Positions 1-9,594 of a stretch of DNA of 32,000 nucleotides are shown here, piece after piece. Numbering within the stretch: the stretch's first letter is position 1; the number at the start of each line of letters is the position of its first letter. A program made the translations under genes and the position numbers. Origin of the DNA: Candidatus Iainarchaeum sp. (GTDB lineage Archaea; Iainarchaeota; Iainarchaeia; Iainarchaeales; JACQJH01); NCBI GenBank assembly GCA_016205145.1, contig JACQJH010000002.1:180001-212000 (forward strand). The letters run 5' to 3'. The notes beneath the pieces were generated by a model. The model made no database searches, was not told where the DNA came from, and saw only the letters and a list, made by a program, of their open reading frames with translations.

Positions 1-966
1 AACGTGCTTTACGTCAATGAAATCGTTTCCGGCAGGTCCAAGCTCACGTTTCTTTCAGAACAGACAAACGCAAGCCTTCAAGGCGTGAACCCCAATGCAT
101 GGAAGCAGACTTCAAATCCCGGGCTTGCGGAAGGCAGATTCCTTACATCAAGCGATTCCTCCGCAATCGTCATAGGAAACCGGATTGCAAATGACATTTT
201 CAAGCAGCCAGTCACGGTCGGAAGGAAAGTCACGCTCGAAGACCCGGACGGAAACCCGCAGGCGTTCACGGTTGTAGGCATCCTAAAAGAATCGGGAAGC
301 GCAGGAATCGGCGCGTCAAACAGCGATTCGACTGTCTTCATGCCATACACTTCGGCATGGAACATGACAGACGTTAACAAGGACACGTTCTCTTCACTGC
401 AGGCCAGGGTTTTAGACGCGGAAACCGTCGACCAGACAACGGAGGAACTCACGGCAGCCCTGCAGATTTCAAGAAGGGTCACTGCAGAAAACCAGGACTT
501 TTCAATCACTTCTGCACAGGCGATAAAAGAACAGGTCAGCAGCATAACCCAATCGCTCACGCTTTTCCTCGGCGCAATTGCCGCAATCGCACTGCTCGTC
601 GGGGCAATCGGGGTCGCAAACAGCATGTTCACTTCCGTGCTTGAAAAAACAAAACTCATAGGCATATTGAAGGCGCTCGGCTCGACGGACAACGAAATAG
701 TCATGCTGTTCATAATAGAATCCGGCCTGTTCGGCCTCTTAGGCGGAATAATGGGCGTGGTGCTGGGCGCATTCGCTTCAATCGGAATCGCAAGCATGGG
801 CGGGCTATCCCTGCCGATTGCACGCGGCGGGACGACAAGCCTCATAACGCCCCAGCTAGTCATAATCGCGGTCGTGCTGTCAACAGTCATCGGCATCGTC
901 GCGGGCGCCATGCCGGCAAGGTCGGCGGCCAAACTCAAGCCGGTCGACGCGCTGAGATACGAATGA
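1..966 (+). CDS. ABC transporter permease, FtsX/MacB family (5' end outside window)
   Basis: The frame is open from the window edge, so the GTG at 4 is probably not the true start. An extracytoplasmic MacB-like segment is followed by a C-terminal FtsX-type TM block (GAIGVANSMFTSVLEKTKLIGILKALG ... KLKPVDALRYE). Stop TGA at 964-966. Confidence 0.8.
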   Translation, partial: NVLYVNEIVSGRSKLTFLSEQTNASLQGVNPNAWKQTSNPGLAEGRFLTSSDSSAIVIGNRIANDIFKQPVTVGRKVTLEDPDGNPQAFTVVGILKESGSAGIGASNSDSTVFMPYTSAWNMTDVNKDTFSSLQARVLDAETVDQTTEELTAALQISRRVTAENQDFSITSAQAIKEQVSSITQSLTLFLGAIAAIALLVGAIGVANSMFTSVLEKTKLIGILKALGSTDNEIVMLFIIESGLFGLLGGIMGVVLGAFASIGIASMGGLSLPIARGGTTSLITPQLVIIAVVLSTVIGIVAGAMPARSAAKLKPVDALRYE

Positions 967-997
967 AAAAAAAATCAGAACAGCCGACTTAAGCGGG

Positions 998-1004
998 AAA
1001 AAAA
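998..1004 (-). terminator. Oligo-T tract (T7) 6 nt after the leuB stop; a second T9 lies at 966-974
   Basis: The minus strand reads TGAttcaaTTTTTTTcccg...TTTTTTTTT. Archaeal RNA polymerase terminates at oligo-T. Confidence 0.45.
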
Positions 1005-1009
1005 TTGAA

Positions 1010-2080
1010 TCAGATTTCCTTTACTATCGCTTCGCCCATTTCGTTCGTGCCGGAAATCTTCACGCCCAGCGCGCTTCCGGCAAGGTCCGCTGTACGATAG
1101 CCCTTCTCAAGCGCCTTGACGACCGCGTTTTCAATCGCCTGCGCTTCCGCCTGCAAGCCGAACGCATACCGGAGCATCATTGCGCCTGAAAGGATCTGCG
1201 CAATCGGATTCGCCTTGTTCTGCCCGGCAATGTCGGGCGCGCTTCCGTGAATCGGCTCGAACAAGCCGAAATTCTTTTCGTTCAACGACGCGGATGCGAG
1301 CATGCCGATGCTTCCGGTTATGACGCTCGCCTCGTCGCTTAAAATGTCGCCGAACATGTTTTCCGTGACGATCACGTCAAACTGTTTGGGATTGCGGACA
1401 AGCTGCATTGCGCAGTTGTCAACGTACATGTGCGACAACTCGACGGACGGATATTTTTTCGCGTAATCCGAAATTGTCTTGCGCCAGAACTTGCTGGTGT
1501 CCAAAACATTTGCCTTGTCAACGCTGCAAACGCGCTTTCCGCGCTTCAAGGCGGCCTCGAACGCCACTTTCGCAATCCTTTCGATTTCCTTTTTCGAATA
1601 TTTCATTTCGTCGCTCGCCCAGTCCCTGCCCTTGCCTTTCCTGCCAAAATAAATTCCGCCGGTAAGCTCGCGCACTATGAGAATGTCAAGAGAATCGCCT
1701 ACTATTTCCGGCTTTATTGGGGAAGAGCCTGCCAGTGGACCGTAAATGACTGCCGGGCGCAGGTTTGCGAACAGGTCAAAATGCTTGCGCAACGGAAGCA
1801 ATGCGCCGCGCTCCGGCGTCAATTCTGCGGGCAAGTTTTCCCATTTCGGCCCGCCGACGGCGCCGAAAAAAATCGAATCGCTTTTCTCGCAGACCTTCAA
1901 GGTTTCCTTAGGCAGTGGATGCCCGACTGCATCGTAAGCGCAGCCGCCTACAAGCGCGTGCGTGAACAAAAAATCGTGGCCGAACTTTTCACCGACGCGC
2001 TGCAGCACTGCAACGCCCTGGCCCATTATTTCAGGCCCTATGCCGTCGCCGGACAAAACCGCGATCTTGAACTTTGCCAT
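1010..2080 (-). CDS. leuB: 3-isopropylmalate dehydrogenase
   Basis: 356 aa. N-terminal [14 protein letters not shown] and the typical isocitrate/isopropylmalate dehydrogenase core ([24 protein letters not shown]-like [30 protein letters not shown]). Last gene of the leu operon. Confidence 0.95.
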   Translation of the reverse strand: MAKFKIAVLSGDGIGPEIMGQGVAVLQRVGEKFGHDFLFTHALVGGCAYDAVGHPLPKETLKVCEKSDSIFFGAVGGPKWENLPAELTPERGALLPLRKHFDLFANLRPAVIYGPLAGSSPIKPEIVGDSLDILIVRELTGGIYFGRKGKGRDWASDEMKYSKKEIERIAKVAFEAALKRGKRVCSVDKANVLDTSKFWRKTISDYAKKYPSVELSHMYVDNCAMQLVRNPKQFDVIVTENMFGDILSDEASVITGSIGMLASASLNEKNFGLFEPIHGSAPDIAGQNKANPIAQILSGAMMLRYAFGLQAEAQAIENAVVKALEKGYRTADLAGSALGVKISGTNEMGEAIVKEI

Positions 2081-2106
2081 CAGATAACCCTACGATTTTC
2101 CAGTAT

Positions 2107-2718
2107 TTAATCCTTGAACCCGTGAAGGTACGGCAGTCTTTCAAACGTTTTTTTCGCTTCAGCCTGCGCCGAAACGAGCTGCGAGACCGTGTCCCAGTTT
2201 CCGCTGACAAGATTGCGCCTAGCGCTTTCCGGCATTGAAAACGGAAACTCCTTTCCGCCCGCGGAAATTTTTTCCGTTTCAAGGTTCACGCTGATTTCAG
2301 CATTCGGGTTTTTTTCAACCGCGCGCATCAATTCAAGCACGTCCTTTTCCGAAACCCTCACTGCGGGAATGCCGAGCATCGAGCAATTTCCGGCAAAAAT
2401 TTCGGCAAAGCTTTCGCCGACAATCGCCTTTATCCCATATCTCAGCAACGACTGCGGGGCGTGCTCCCTGCTCGAGCCGCAGCCGAAATTCTTGTTCACA
2501 AGCAATATGCCTGCGCCCTTGAACCTTTCGTCGTTGAAAGGATGCTGTTTGGGCTTTCCATCCGCGTCAAAGCGCGCGTCGTAAAACGCAAACTTTCCCA
2601 ATCCCTCGAACGTCACTGTTTTCATGTACCGCGCGGGAATTATCCTGTCGGTGTCAATGTCGTTTCCGGGCACGGGAATTGCGCGGCCGCGAATTTCCAC
2701 TATCTTCGATTCGGTCAT
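2107..2718 (-). CDS. leuD: 3-isopropylmalate dehydratase small subunit (long, bacterial type)
   Basis: 203 aa with DIDTDRIIPARY and NFGCGSSREHAP motifs. Its ATG abuts the leuC stop (2719-2721). Confidence 0.93.
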   Translation of the reverse strand: MTESKIVEIRGRAIPVPGNDIDTDRIIPARYMKTVTFEGLGKFAFYDARFDADGKPKQHPFNDERFKGAGILLVNKNFGCGSSREHAPQSLLRYGIKAIVGESFAEIFAGNCSMLGIPAVRVSEKDVLELMRAVEKNPNAEISVNLETEKISAGGKEFPFSMPESARRNLVSGNWDTVSQLVSAQAEAKKTFERLPYLHGFKD

Positions 2719-4119
2719 TTACAACACATCCCGCACGTCGACAACCTTGCCGTTTACGGCCGCGGCCGCAACCATTGCCGGGCTCATAAGCAATGTCCTG
2801 CCTTCGGGGGAACCCTGCCTGCCGATGAAATTGCGGTTGCTCGAGCTCGCACAAATCTCGCGGCCTTTGAGCTTGTCCGGGTTCATGCCGAGGCACATCG
2901 AACAGCCCGCGCCGCGCCATTGGAAGCCAGCCGCCTCAAAGATTTTGTCAAGGCCTTCCTTTTCGGCCTGCGCCTTCACCATCTGCGAACCGGGAACGAC
3001 CATTGCCCTGACGTGTGATGCGACTTTTTTCCCTTTCACGATTTTTGCGGCTTCCCTCAAATCGGATATGCGGCTGTTCGTGCACGAGCCGATGAACGCA
3101 ACGTCGATTTTCGTGCCCTCGATTGCCTGTCCCGCCTCAAAGCCCATGTGCTTCAAGGCTTGTTCCGCGGTCTTTTCATCCCCGCCGGCTGATTTGGGGG
3201 AAGGAATTTTTTCAGACACTTTCATTGCCTGGCCAGGATTTATGCCCCAGGTAACCATAGGCTCCAATTCTGAGGCGTTGATTTTGACAATATCGTCGTA
3301 CTTGGCGTTTTTGTCCGACGCAATGGTTTTCCAGAATTTCACCGCGTTTTCCCACGCCCCGCCTTTGGGCGCAAACGGCCTGCCATTGATGTAATCAAAG
3401 GTCGTCTGGTCCGGGTTGACATATCCTGCACGCGCTCCGCCTTCAATTGACATGTTGCAGACCGACATCCGTTCCTCCATTGTCATGGCATCAAACGCGC
3501 TCCCGGCATACTCGTACGCAAAACCTATTCCGCCGTTGACGCCGAGCATGCGGATTATTTCAAGAATAACGTCTTTCGAGTAAACGCCTTTTGGCAGTTT
3601 TCCGTTGACTTCAATCCTGCGGAGTTTCGGCTTCTGGATGAACATGCATTGGGAAGCGAGAACGTCGCGCACCTGGCTTGTCCCTATGCCAAACGCAATC
3701 GAGCCGAAAGCGCCGTGCGTTGAAGTGTGCGAGTCGCCGCACGCAATGCTCATGCCCGGCTGTGTGAGGCCGAGTTCGGGGCCGATGACATGCACTATGC
3801 CCTGCCTGCCCGAGCCGAGGCTGTACAATTCAATGCCAAACTCCCTGCAGTTTTTTTCCAATGCGGAAAGCATTGCCTCCGCAAGCGGGTCGGACAGCGG
3901 CCGCGTGGTTTCATCCGTGGGCACGATGTGGTCGGCCGTCGCAAATGTGAGCTTCGGATACGCGACCTTCAGGCCTTTTTCGCGCACCATCTGGAACGCC
4001 TGGGGCGAAGTAACCTCGTGAATCAAATGCAATCCGATGAATAACTGGGAATTGCCGTCCGGAAGCCTGCGCACTTCATGCATTTTCCAGACCTTGTCAA
4101 GCAATGTGCCATCGCTCAT
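2719..4119 (-). CDS. leuC: 3-isopropylmalate dehydratase large subunit (aconitase family, bacterial type)
   Basis: Motifs [25 protein letters not shown] and CSMCLGMN (Fe-S ligands). I chose the ATG at 4119 because GGTGA lies 6 nt upstream; the track start at 4146 is TTG. Confidence 0.92.
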   Translation of the reverse strand: MSDGTLLDKVWKMHEVRRLPDGNSQLFIGLHLIHEVTSPQAFQMVREKGLKVAYPKLTFATADHIVPTDETTRPLSDPLAEAMLSALEKNCREFGIELYSLGSGRQGIVHVIGPELGLTQPGMSIACGDSHTSTHGAFGSIAFGIGTSQVRDVLASQCMFIQKPKLRRIEVNGKLPKGVYSKDVILEIIRMLGVNGGIGFAYEYAGSAFDAMTMEERMSVCNMSIEGGARAGYVNPDQTTFDYINGRPFAPKGGAWENAVKFWKTIASDKNAKYDDIVKINASELEPMVTWGINPGQAMKVSEKIPSPKSAGGDEKTAEQALKHMGFEAGQAIEGTKIDVAFIGSCTNSRISDLREAAKIVKGKKVASHVRAMVVPGSQMVKAQAEKEGLDKIFEAAGFQWRGAGCSMCLGMNPDKLKGREICASSSNRNFIGRQGSPEGRTLLMSPAMVAAAAVNGKVVDVRDVL

Positions 4120-4151
4120 TTTTTCACCAAAACATTTTCCATGCAAGCAAC

Positions 4152-5723
4152 CTAAACTTTTTTCATTCCAATCCTTTCCGGAGTCAGGTCCCTGGATTTT
4201 CCGCCGTGCCTGTAAAAATTCAGCGCCTTGTTGTAGCCCTGCACTATTGCGTAAGCCGAAGCCATGATGACGTCCTCGTTTACCGCTTCCGCGTCGAAAA
4301 CGTTTCCCTTGTCGTCGGCAAGGCGGATGACAACGTCCGCCAGTGCGTCCGTGCCGCCCGTGATCGCCTTGAGGTTGTACTGCTTGAGCTGGATTTTCTG
4401 CGGAATGACTGACTGGATTGCATGCGCAACCGCATCAACCGGCCCGACGCCTTCGCCTTTTCCAAGGGACGATTTGCCGTCAATAACCAATTCAACCGTC
4501 GCGGACGGCTTTGACCTGTTGCCGGTTTTCACTTCAAGCTTTCCAAGGACGACTATCTTGTCCTCCGCGGAAACCTGGTGCAATACATCGGAAGCGATTG
4601 CCACAATGTCCTCGTCTTTCACGATTTTCTTCTTGTCCGCAAGCCCCTTTATTTTCGCGGTGATTTCGTCAGCTTGCTTTTCGCTGAACGAAAAGCCCAT
4701 TTTTTTGAGCGCGTCCATGACCGCGGCTTTGCCGGAATGCTTGCCAAGCACAAGCTCTGTTTTCTTGCCGATCATTTCCGGGTTCATTATCTCATAGGTC
4801 ATCTTGTTGGCAAGAATGCCGTGCTGGTGGATTCCTGATTCGTGCGCAAACGCGTTCTCTCCGACAACCGCCTTGTTCCTCTGCACGGTAAGCCCCGTGA
4901 GATTTGAAACCATCTGGCTTGACTTGAAAATCTCGTCAAGCCTGACGCCGGTTTCAGCATTGTAAAAGCTTTTGCGCGTGTACAATGCCATGACAATCTC
5001 TTCCATTGCCGCGTTGCCCGCCCTCTCGCCGATGCCGTTGATTGTGCATTCCACCTGTGAAGCGCCGTTAAGGACGCCTGCAAGGGAATTCGCGACCGCA
5101 AATCCGAGGTCGTTGTGGCAGTGCGTGCTGATAACGGCCTTTGAAATGTTGGGAACATTTTCAACAATCGACTTTATGAGCGCGCCGTACTCTTCCGGGG
5201 TGCTGTAGCCCACGGTGTCCGGAATGTTCACGGTCGTCGCGCCGGCTTCAATGCACTTTTCAAGCATTTCAAAAACAAACTCCGGCTCCGACCTCGTGGC
5301 ATCCATCGGCGAAAACTCCACGTCATCACAGTAGCCTCTGGCTCGCTTTACCGCATTGACCGCCATTTCAAGCGCTTCAGCCCGCGACTTCTTGAACTGG
5401 TATTTGAGATGAATGTCGGAGGAGGACATGAAAGTGTGGATGCGCGGCTTCCCCGCGCCCTTGATTGCATTCCATGCAACGTCCACGTCCTTGTCAATTG
5501 CCCGTGCCAAGGCGCAGACGCTCGGACCTTTCACTGTGTCAGCTATTTCCTTTACTGCCCTGAAATCGTCGTCGCTTGCAACCGGAAAGCCGGCTTCGAT
5601 GACGTCAACGCGCAACTTTGCAAGCTGGTGCGCTATGAGAATTTTCTCGTTGTGCGTCAACGTTGCTCCCGGGCTCTGCTCACCGTCGCGCAACGTAGTG
5701 TCGAAAATCTTTATTTTCCTCAT
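4152..5723 (-). CDS. leuA: 2-isopropylmalate synthase (citramalate synthase cannot be excluded)
   Basis: 523 aa. N-terminal [22 protein letters not shown] and a C-terminal LeuA-dimer/regulatory region. First gene of the leuA-C-D-B block. GAGGGCGG lies upstream of the ATG. Confidence 0.92.
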   Translation of the reverse strand: MRKIKIFDTTLRDGEQSPGATLTHNEKILIAHQLAKLRVDVIEAGFPVASDDDFRAVKEIADTVKGPSVCALARAIDKDVDVAWNAIKGAGKPRIHTFMSSSDIHLKYQFKKSRAEALEMAVNAVKRARGYCDDVEFSPMDATRSEPEFVFEMLEKCIEAGATTVNIPDTVGYSTPEEYGALIKSIVENVPNISKAVISTHCHNDLGFAVANSLAGVLNGASQVECTINGIGERAGNAAMEEIVMALYTRKSFYNAETGVRLDEIFKSSQMVSNLTGLTVQRNKAVVGENAFAHESGIHQHGILANKMTYEIMNPEMIGKKTELVLGKHSGKAAVMDALKKMGFSFSEKQADEITAKIKGLADKKKIVKDEDIVAIASDVLHQVSAEDKIVVLGKLEVKTGNRSKPSATVELVIDGKSSLGKGEGVGPVDAVAHAIQSVIPQKIQLKQYNLKAITGGTDALADVVIRLADDKGNVFDAEAVNEDVIMASAYAIVQGYNKALNFYRHGGKSRDLTPERIGMKKV

Positions 5724-5768
5724 TTTTCCGCCCTCATTTTCGCGTCCATTGCTTTTGCGTTTCCGCCA

Positions 5769-5784
5769 TTTTTGGCATTTTATT
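5769..5784 (-). promoter_or_regulatory. TATA-like 16-mer AATAAAATGCCAAAAA, 46-61 nt upstream of the leuA ATG
   Basis: An identical 16-mer occurs at 9619-9634 upstream of nadE. It is A/T-rich and at a distance compatible with a ~30-nt leader containing the SD. Confidence 0.4.
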
Positions 5785-5889
5785 CCAGCCCTTTCACCAC
5801 ATTCTTCGTCCGAACTTTTTTATATTCTTATCACTAAGCATCGAAACAGCATCCGCCTCAAAAAAATTGTTGCCGGGCAAGGGGATGCC

Positions 5890-6000
5890 TTACTTCAGCA
5901 GAATCAGCAGTCCAAGCAATGCCTTGAGCGTTCCTATAAAAGTCTGGTCAGTGTGCACTGAAACCGTATGGTAGAAATACTTAGATTTTGTGGAAGGCAT
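5890..6000 (-). CDS. Candidate 36-aa Leu-rich micro-ORF upstream of leuA (possible leader peptide; speculative)
   Basis: Hand translation gives MPSTKSKYFYHTVSVHTDQTFIGTLKALLGLLILLK*. Six of the last nine residues are Leu. It is below the ORF-track length cut-off. TATA-like GCTATATTTTTAAA (6037-6050) lies upstream and a T7 tract (5860-5866) lies 24 nt after the stop. Confidence 0.2.
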   Translation of the reverse strand: MPSTKSKYFYHTVSVHTDQTFIGTLKALLGLLILLK

Positions 6001-6073
6001 TGCTCTATTCACTAATATAACCTATTCTGGTTCTGGTTTAAAAATATAGCGTTTTTGTCAGGTTAGCCGTAAC

Positions 6074-6081
6074 AAAAAAAA
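6074..6081 (-). terminator. Oligo-T (T8) 25 nt after the ilvE stop
   Basis: The minus strand reads ctgccggTTTTTTTTgttacgg. This separates ilvE from the leu transcription unit. Confidence 0.45.
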
Positions 6082-6105
6082 CCGGCAGAAACCAAACGTT
6101 GCGGC

Positions 6106-7020
6106 TCAGACAAAGTCCAGCCAGCTTTCGTATTTTGCAAGTTTGCCGTGGATTGCGTCGAAGTAGGCCGACTGCAGTTTTTTGGTTATCGGCCCTGGCT
6201 TGCCCTTGCCTATCGTGTGCGAGTCAATCATCCTTATCGGAGTGACTTCCGCCGCGGTTCCGGTGAGGAAAGACTCATCGGCTGCAAGGGTTTCCTGCTT
6301 TGTTATTTCCCGTTCCTCGAACTTTATGCCTTCGTCTTTGGCTATCTGTATGACGCTTTTGCGCGTTATGCCGTCAAGCGTGTTCTTCATTGTCGGAGGA
6401 CTCATCAAAACATTGTCCTTGACGACAAAGATGTTTTCGCCGGAGCATTCCGCAAGGTTGCCTTGCGCGTCAAGCATAAGGGCTTCGTCAAAACCCGCTT
6501 TGACTGCCTCAACTTTTGCGAGAATGCTTGAAACATAGTTGCCTGAAACCTTCGCATGCGTTGGCATGAAATGGCTCGGAGGCCTGACCCAGCTTGAAAT
6601 CTTGAGCCTAATGCCGTTCTTCACGCCCTCCTCGCCCAGATAAGTGCCCCATGGCCATGCCGCTATTCCTGCCTCGACGTTTATGCCAATCGGGTTGAGG
6701 CCCATTTTGCCGTAGCCGACGAAAACAAGGGGCCGGATGTAGCATTCCTTGAGCTTGTTTTTACTGACAACATCTTTTGCCGCCTTGAAAAGCTCGTCAT
6801 TCGAGTATGGCACGGTTATGCCCAAAACGTCCGCGGAAAAAAACAGCCTTTTGAGATGGTCTTTCAGCCTGAAGATTGCAGGGCCCTTATCGGTGTTGTA
6901 ACAGCGTATGCCTTCAAAGACCGCAGAGCCATAATGAAGCGCATGCGTCAAAAAATGCACTTTCGCGTCCTTCCAGTCCACGAACTTTCCGTTGAGCCAG
7001 ATTGTTTCGACTTCTTCCAC
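6106..7020 (-). CDS. ilvE: Branched-chain amino acid aminotransferase (class IV)
   Basis: 304 aa. IWLNGKFVDW...LHYGSAVFEGIRCY and a GNY..S region typical of IlvE. GTG start with AGGGG upstream and TATA-like AATAATTGTTAAAAT at 7037-7052. Confidence 0.9.
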   Translation of the reverse strand: MEEVETIWLNGKFVDWKDAKVHFLTHALHYGSAVFEGIRCYNTDKGPAIFRLKDHLKRLFFSADVLGITVPYSNDELFKAAKDVVSKNKLKECYIRPLVFVGYGKMGLNPIGINVEAGIAAWPWGTYLGEEGVKNGIRLKISSWVRPPSHFMPTHAKVSGNYVSSILAKVEAVKAGFDEALMLDAQGNLAECSGENIFVVKDNVLMSPPTMKNTLDGITRKSVIQIAKDEGIKFEEREITKQETLAADESFLTGTAAEVTPIRMIDSHTIGKGKPGPITKKLQSAYFDAIHGKLAKYESWLDFV

Positions 7021-7052
7021 CAGATCGCCCCTGAAATTTTAACAATTATTGC

Positions 7053-7370
7053 CTAAAAATCTTTAAATAATCGTTTGCCCAAATCCAGAACCCTACCATG
7101 CACTGCCAAAACGCCTTCGCGTGCAAGCAAACGCCGCTTCACCTTGGCGCCTTTCGCAAACCCGCCCAGCCCACCATCCGATTTAATGACGCGGTGGCAG
7201 GGAACGTGCGGCATGCCGGGACTTTTGTTCAAGGCGTTGCCCACTGCCCTGAACGCAGCCGGATTTCCAACAGCTTTTGCTATTCCGGCGTACGTGGAAA
7301 CCTTTCCAGCGGGAATTTTCTTGCACGCATTCCACACCTTTTCCTGAAAGGTTTGTTTTTTCGCCTCCAT
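7053..7370 (-). CDS. ogt: Methylated-DNA-protein-cysteine methyltransferase, single (C-terminal) domain
   Basis: 105 aa from the ATG at 7370, 1 nt after the nadD stop. Contains the IPAGKVSTYAGIA helix-turn-helix and the PCHRVI active-site cysteine motif. The longer track ORF to 7463 would overlap nadD. Confidence 0.8.
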   Translation of the reverse strand: MEAKKQTFQEKVWNACKKIPAGKVSTYAGIAKAVGNPAAFRAVGNALNKSPGMPHVPCHRVIKSDGGLGGFAKGAKVKRRLLAREGVLAVHGRVLDLGKRLFKDF

Positions 7371-7371
7371 T

Positions 7372-7884
7372 TCAATCACGATAAAGCTTTTTCGCGAGAA
7401 TGAATTTTTCAACCGCTTCCGGCACAAGCCCTTCAAGCGGCAGGCCCTTTTTTGCAAGCGCACGAATCCTTGTGCTGTTCAGATTCCCGCCGAAATCAGG
7501 CACGACGCACACGGAAATTTTTTTCAACAGGGCTTTTGCATTTTTCCAACGATGCAATTGCCGCTTGGTTTTTGTGCTCACGACAAAAATGAATTCATGT
7601 TCCGGAAATTTTTTCAGCAGAAAATCTACCAAGTCAAGCGTATGGCTTGTCCTGTTCCTGATTTCAAAATCCTTGACCTTGAATTTTGCGTTTGCCTTTG
7701 CCGCAAGGCGGAGCATGGCAAGCCTGTGCTTTGGAAGAGAGGGCTGCCTTTTCTTCCACGGGTTCCTGAAAGCGGGAACAAACCACAATTCGTCGGCGCG
7801 CGTCTTCTTCAGCGCGGCCTTTGCCGCGGCCAGATGCCCGTTGTGCACAGGATCGAAGGTTCCGCCGAACAGCGCGATTTTCAT
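7372..7884 (-). CDS. nadD: Nicotinate/nicotinamide mononucleotide adenylyltransferase, bacterial NadD type
   Basis: 170 aa with GGTFDPVHNGH (the (H/T)xGH motif) and a C-terminal LNSTRIR (ISSTxIR-like). ATGA start/stop overlap with nadC. Confidence 0.85.
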   Translation of the reverse strand: MKIALFGGTFDPVHNGHLAAAKAALKKTRADELWFVPAFRNPWKKRQPSLPKHRLAMLRLAAKANAKFKVKDFEIRNRTSHTLDLVDFLLKKFPEHEFIFVVSTKTKRQLHRWKNAKALLKKISVCVVPDFGGNLNSTRIRALAKKGLPLEGLVPEAVEKFILAKKLYRD

Positions 7885-8732
7885 TCCATCCCCTGGCCCG
7901 CTTTAACCACTTGAAGGGAGAAATCAATTGACTTTGCACCGGTTGTCAGGCAGCCCATTGAAATGAAATCCGGCCCTGCGGCGGCAAACTCTTTCAGGTT
8001 CTTGAAATTTATGCCACCGGAAAGCTCGATTTTTGCGTTTGAAATTTTTCGGAGTTCCGCAACGGTTTCCTTCGCATTCTCCGCAGAAAAATTGTCAAGC
8101 AGAATCATGTCGGGGCCCAGTCCTGCCGCGGAAACCGCCTCTTCGCGGGACGAAACTTCTATTTCAATCGTCTTTGACGCGCCGTATTTCTGCCTTGCCG
8201 CAAAAACCGCGGCACCGGCATCGGAAAAAAATCCGAGATGGTTGTCCTTGAGCAGGACGAATTCGGAGAGGTTTTTCCTGTGCGGCCAGATGCCTGCAAC
8301 TTCGGCGGCCTTCTTGTCGAACAGGTTGAAGCCGGGCATTGTCTTGCGCGTAAGGGCGGGCATCGCCTTCGAACCCGTTCCTGCGGCAACGCGTTTTGCC
8401 TTTGCGCAGGCGGTTGCCACGCCGGACATCCTGCCCAAAACATTGAGCGCGGCCCTTTCAACCCCAAGGATGTTGGTGTTGAGGCCGGTTATTTCCGCGA
8501 CAACTTTTCCGGATGAAATCTTCTGTCCGTCCTTCGCCTTCGCCGCAAAAACAAGTTTTTTTGATTCGAAGAGGAACCGCGCTTCCTCCAGGCCGGCTAG
8601 AACGCATGGCTGCCTGCAGGTTATCTGCGCCGTGCAAAGCCTTTCGTTCAGCAGCGCGGATGAAACGTCCCCGCTTCCTATGTCGTCCTTCAGCAATGAG
8701 GACAGTTTTTCCTGCATTTCCTCGGAAAGCAT
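7881..8732 (-). CDS. nadC: Nicotinate-nucleotide (quinolinate) pyrophosphorylase
   Basis: N-terminal LKDDIGSGDVSS and a C-terminal TIEIEVSS...MILLDNF...ELSGGI typical of QPRTase. The ATG at 8732 has GGTG 7 nt upstream; the track start at 8777 is TTG. Confidence 0.85.
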   Translation of the reverse strand: MLSEEMQEKLSSLLKDDIGSGDVSSALLNERLCTAQITCRQPCVLAGLEEARFLFESKKLVFAAKAKDGQKISSGKVVAEITGLNTNILGVERAALNVLGRMSGVATACAKAKRVAAGTGSKAMPALTRKTMPGFNLFDKKAAEVAGIWPHRKNLSEFVLLKDNHLGFFSDAGAAVFAARQKYGASKTIEIEVSSREEAVSAAGLGPDMILLDNFSAENAKETVAELRKISNAKIELSGGINFKNLKEFAAAGPDFISMGCLTTGAKSIDFSLQVVKAGQGME

Positions 8733-8777
8733 TTTCGGCACCGGAAAAAACCAACTGCAAAAACAAAATCCAGACAA

Positions 8778-9533
8778 TCAAATTTTGACGATGAACGGGA
8801 ACGCGAGCTTGTGCGCGTTCAGCCTGTTGCGTTCGAGCACCCGCTCCACAAGTTCCGGGGAAAACTTTTTTTTCACTTCCGCTGCGGGCCGCTTTTCGTC
8901 AAACAATGCGGTGAGGATTTTGTCCAGCTCGGAGTAAGGCGCGCCCAGTTCGCCTTCATCGGTCTGGCCGTCCCACAGGCCCGCGCTCGGCGCCTTTGAA
9001 ATTATTTTTTGCGGCAGGTCCACTGCTTTTGCGACTGCGAAAACCTGCGTCTTGTAAAGCGATGCAATCGGCAGGATGTCGCATCCGAGGTCGCCGTATT
9101 TTGTGGCATATCCAAGCAGGGCCTCGCTCCTGTTGCCGGTTCCTGCGACAAGCGCGTTGTGCGCGTTCGCGAAATTGTAAAGGCAGGCCATCCTGACGCG
9201 TGCCGCAACGTTTGCCTTCGAAATCCCGGTCTGCTTCCACGGCAGTTTTTCAAATTCCCCTGCCGCCCCGCCGATTTCAAAGAGTTCGCACCGCATTCCA
9301 AGGGTTTTTGCAAGTTCCATTGCATCTTCAACATTGGCGCGGTCCCTGCCCCTGTCCACGGGCAGTATGATGCCGGAAACGTTTTCTTTTCCGAGCGCGT
9401 CAACAAGGATTTTTGCGACAAGGCTCGAGTCGATGCCGCCGGAAAGGCCGACAACCGCGTTCCTTGCGCCGGCTTCGGTGAAATACAACTTTGTTTCCGA
9501 AACAATCCTGCCGAACAACCCGGATTCATCCAT
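8778..9533 (-). CDS. nadE: NH3-dependent NAD+ synthetase
   Basis: 251 aa with the GLSGGIDSS PP-loop and the TGNRSEALLGYATKYGD motif. GGTGG lies 6 nt upstream of the ATG. Confidence 0.9.
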   Translation of the reverse strand: MDESGLFGRIVSETKLYFTEAGARNAVVGLSGGIDSSLVAKILVDALGKENVSGIILPVDRGRDRANVEDAMELAKTLGMRCELFEIGGAAGEFEKLPWKQTGISKANVAARVRMACLYNFANAHNALVAGTGNRSEALLGYATKYGDLGCDILPIASLYKTQVFAVAKAVDLPQKIISKAPSAGLWDGQTDEGELGAPYSELDKILTALFDEKRPAAEVKKKFSPELVERVLERNRLNAHKLAFPFIVKI

Positions 9534-9571
9534 GACAAGCCACCATGTGAATGAATTAAAAGAACTCAGAC

Positions 9572-9583
9572 GGTTTTAAATAT
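9572..9583 (-). promoter_or_regulatory. TATA-like element (ATATTTAAAACC) 40-50 nt upstream of the nadE ATG
   Basis: A/T-rich box. The predicted leader of ~17 nt would contain the GGTGG SD. Confidence 0.4.
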
Positions 9584-9594
9584 TCAAAATTTGC

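Noticed and set aside
7963-8937. Very long antisense ORFs: this 324-aa one spans nadC and nadE. Others are 78-938 (-), 10957-11694 (-), 12865-13704 (-), 26792-27631 (-), 28821-29591 (-) and 29972-30691 (-).
   Set aside because: Each is the mirror frame of a gene with clear family motifs. Their products are low-complexity (Ser/Ala/Phe/Arg-rich) with no motifs. They are explained by the sense genes rarely using TTA, CTA and TCA codons, whose complements are stop codons, so the antisense frame stays open.
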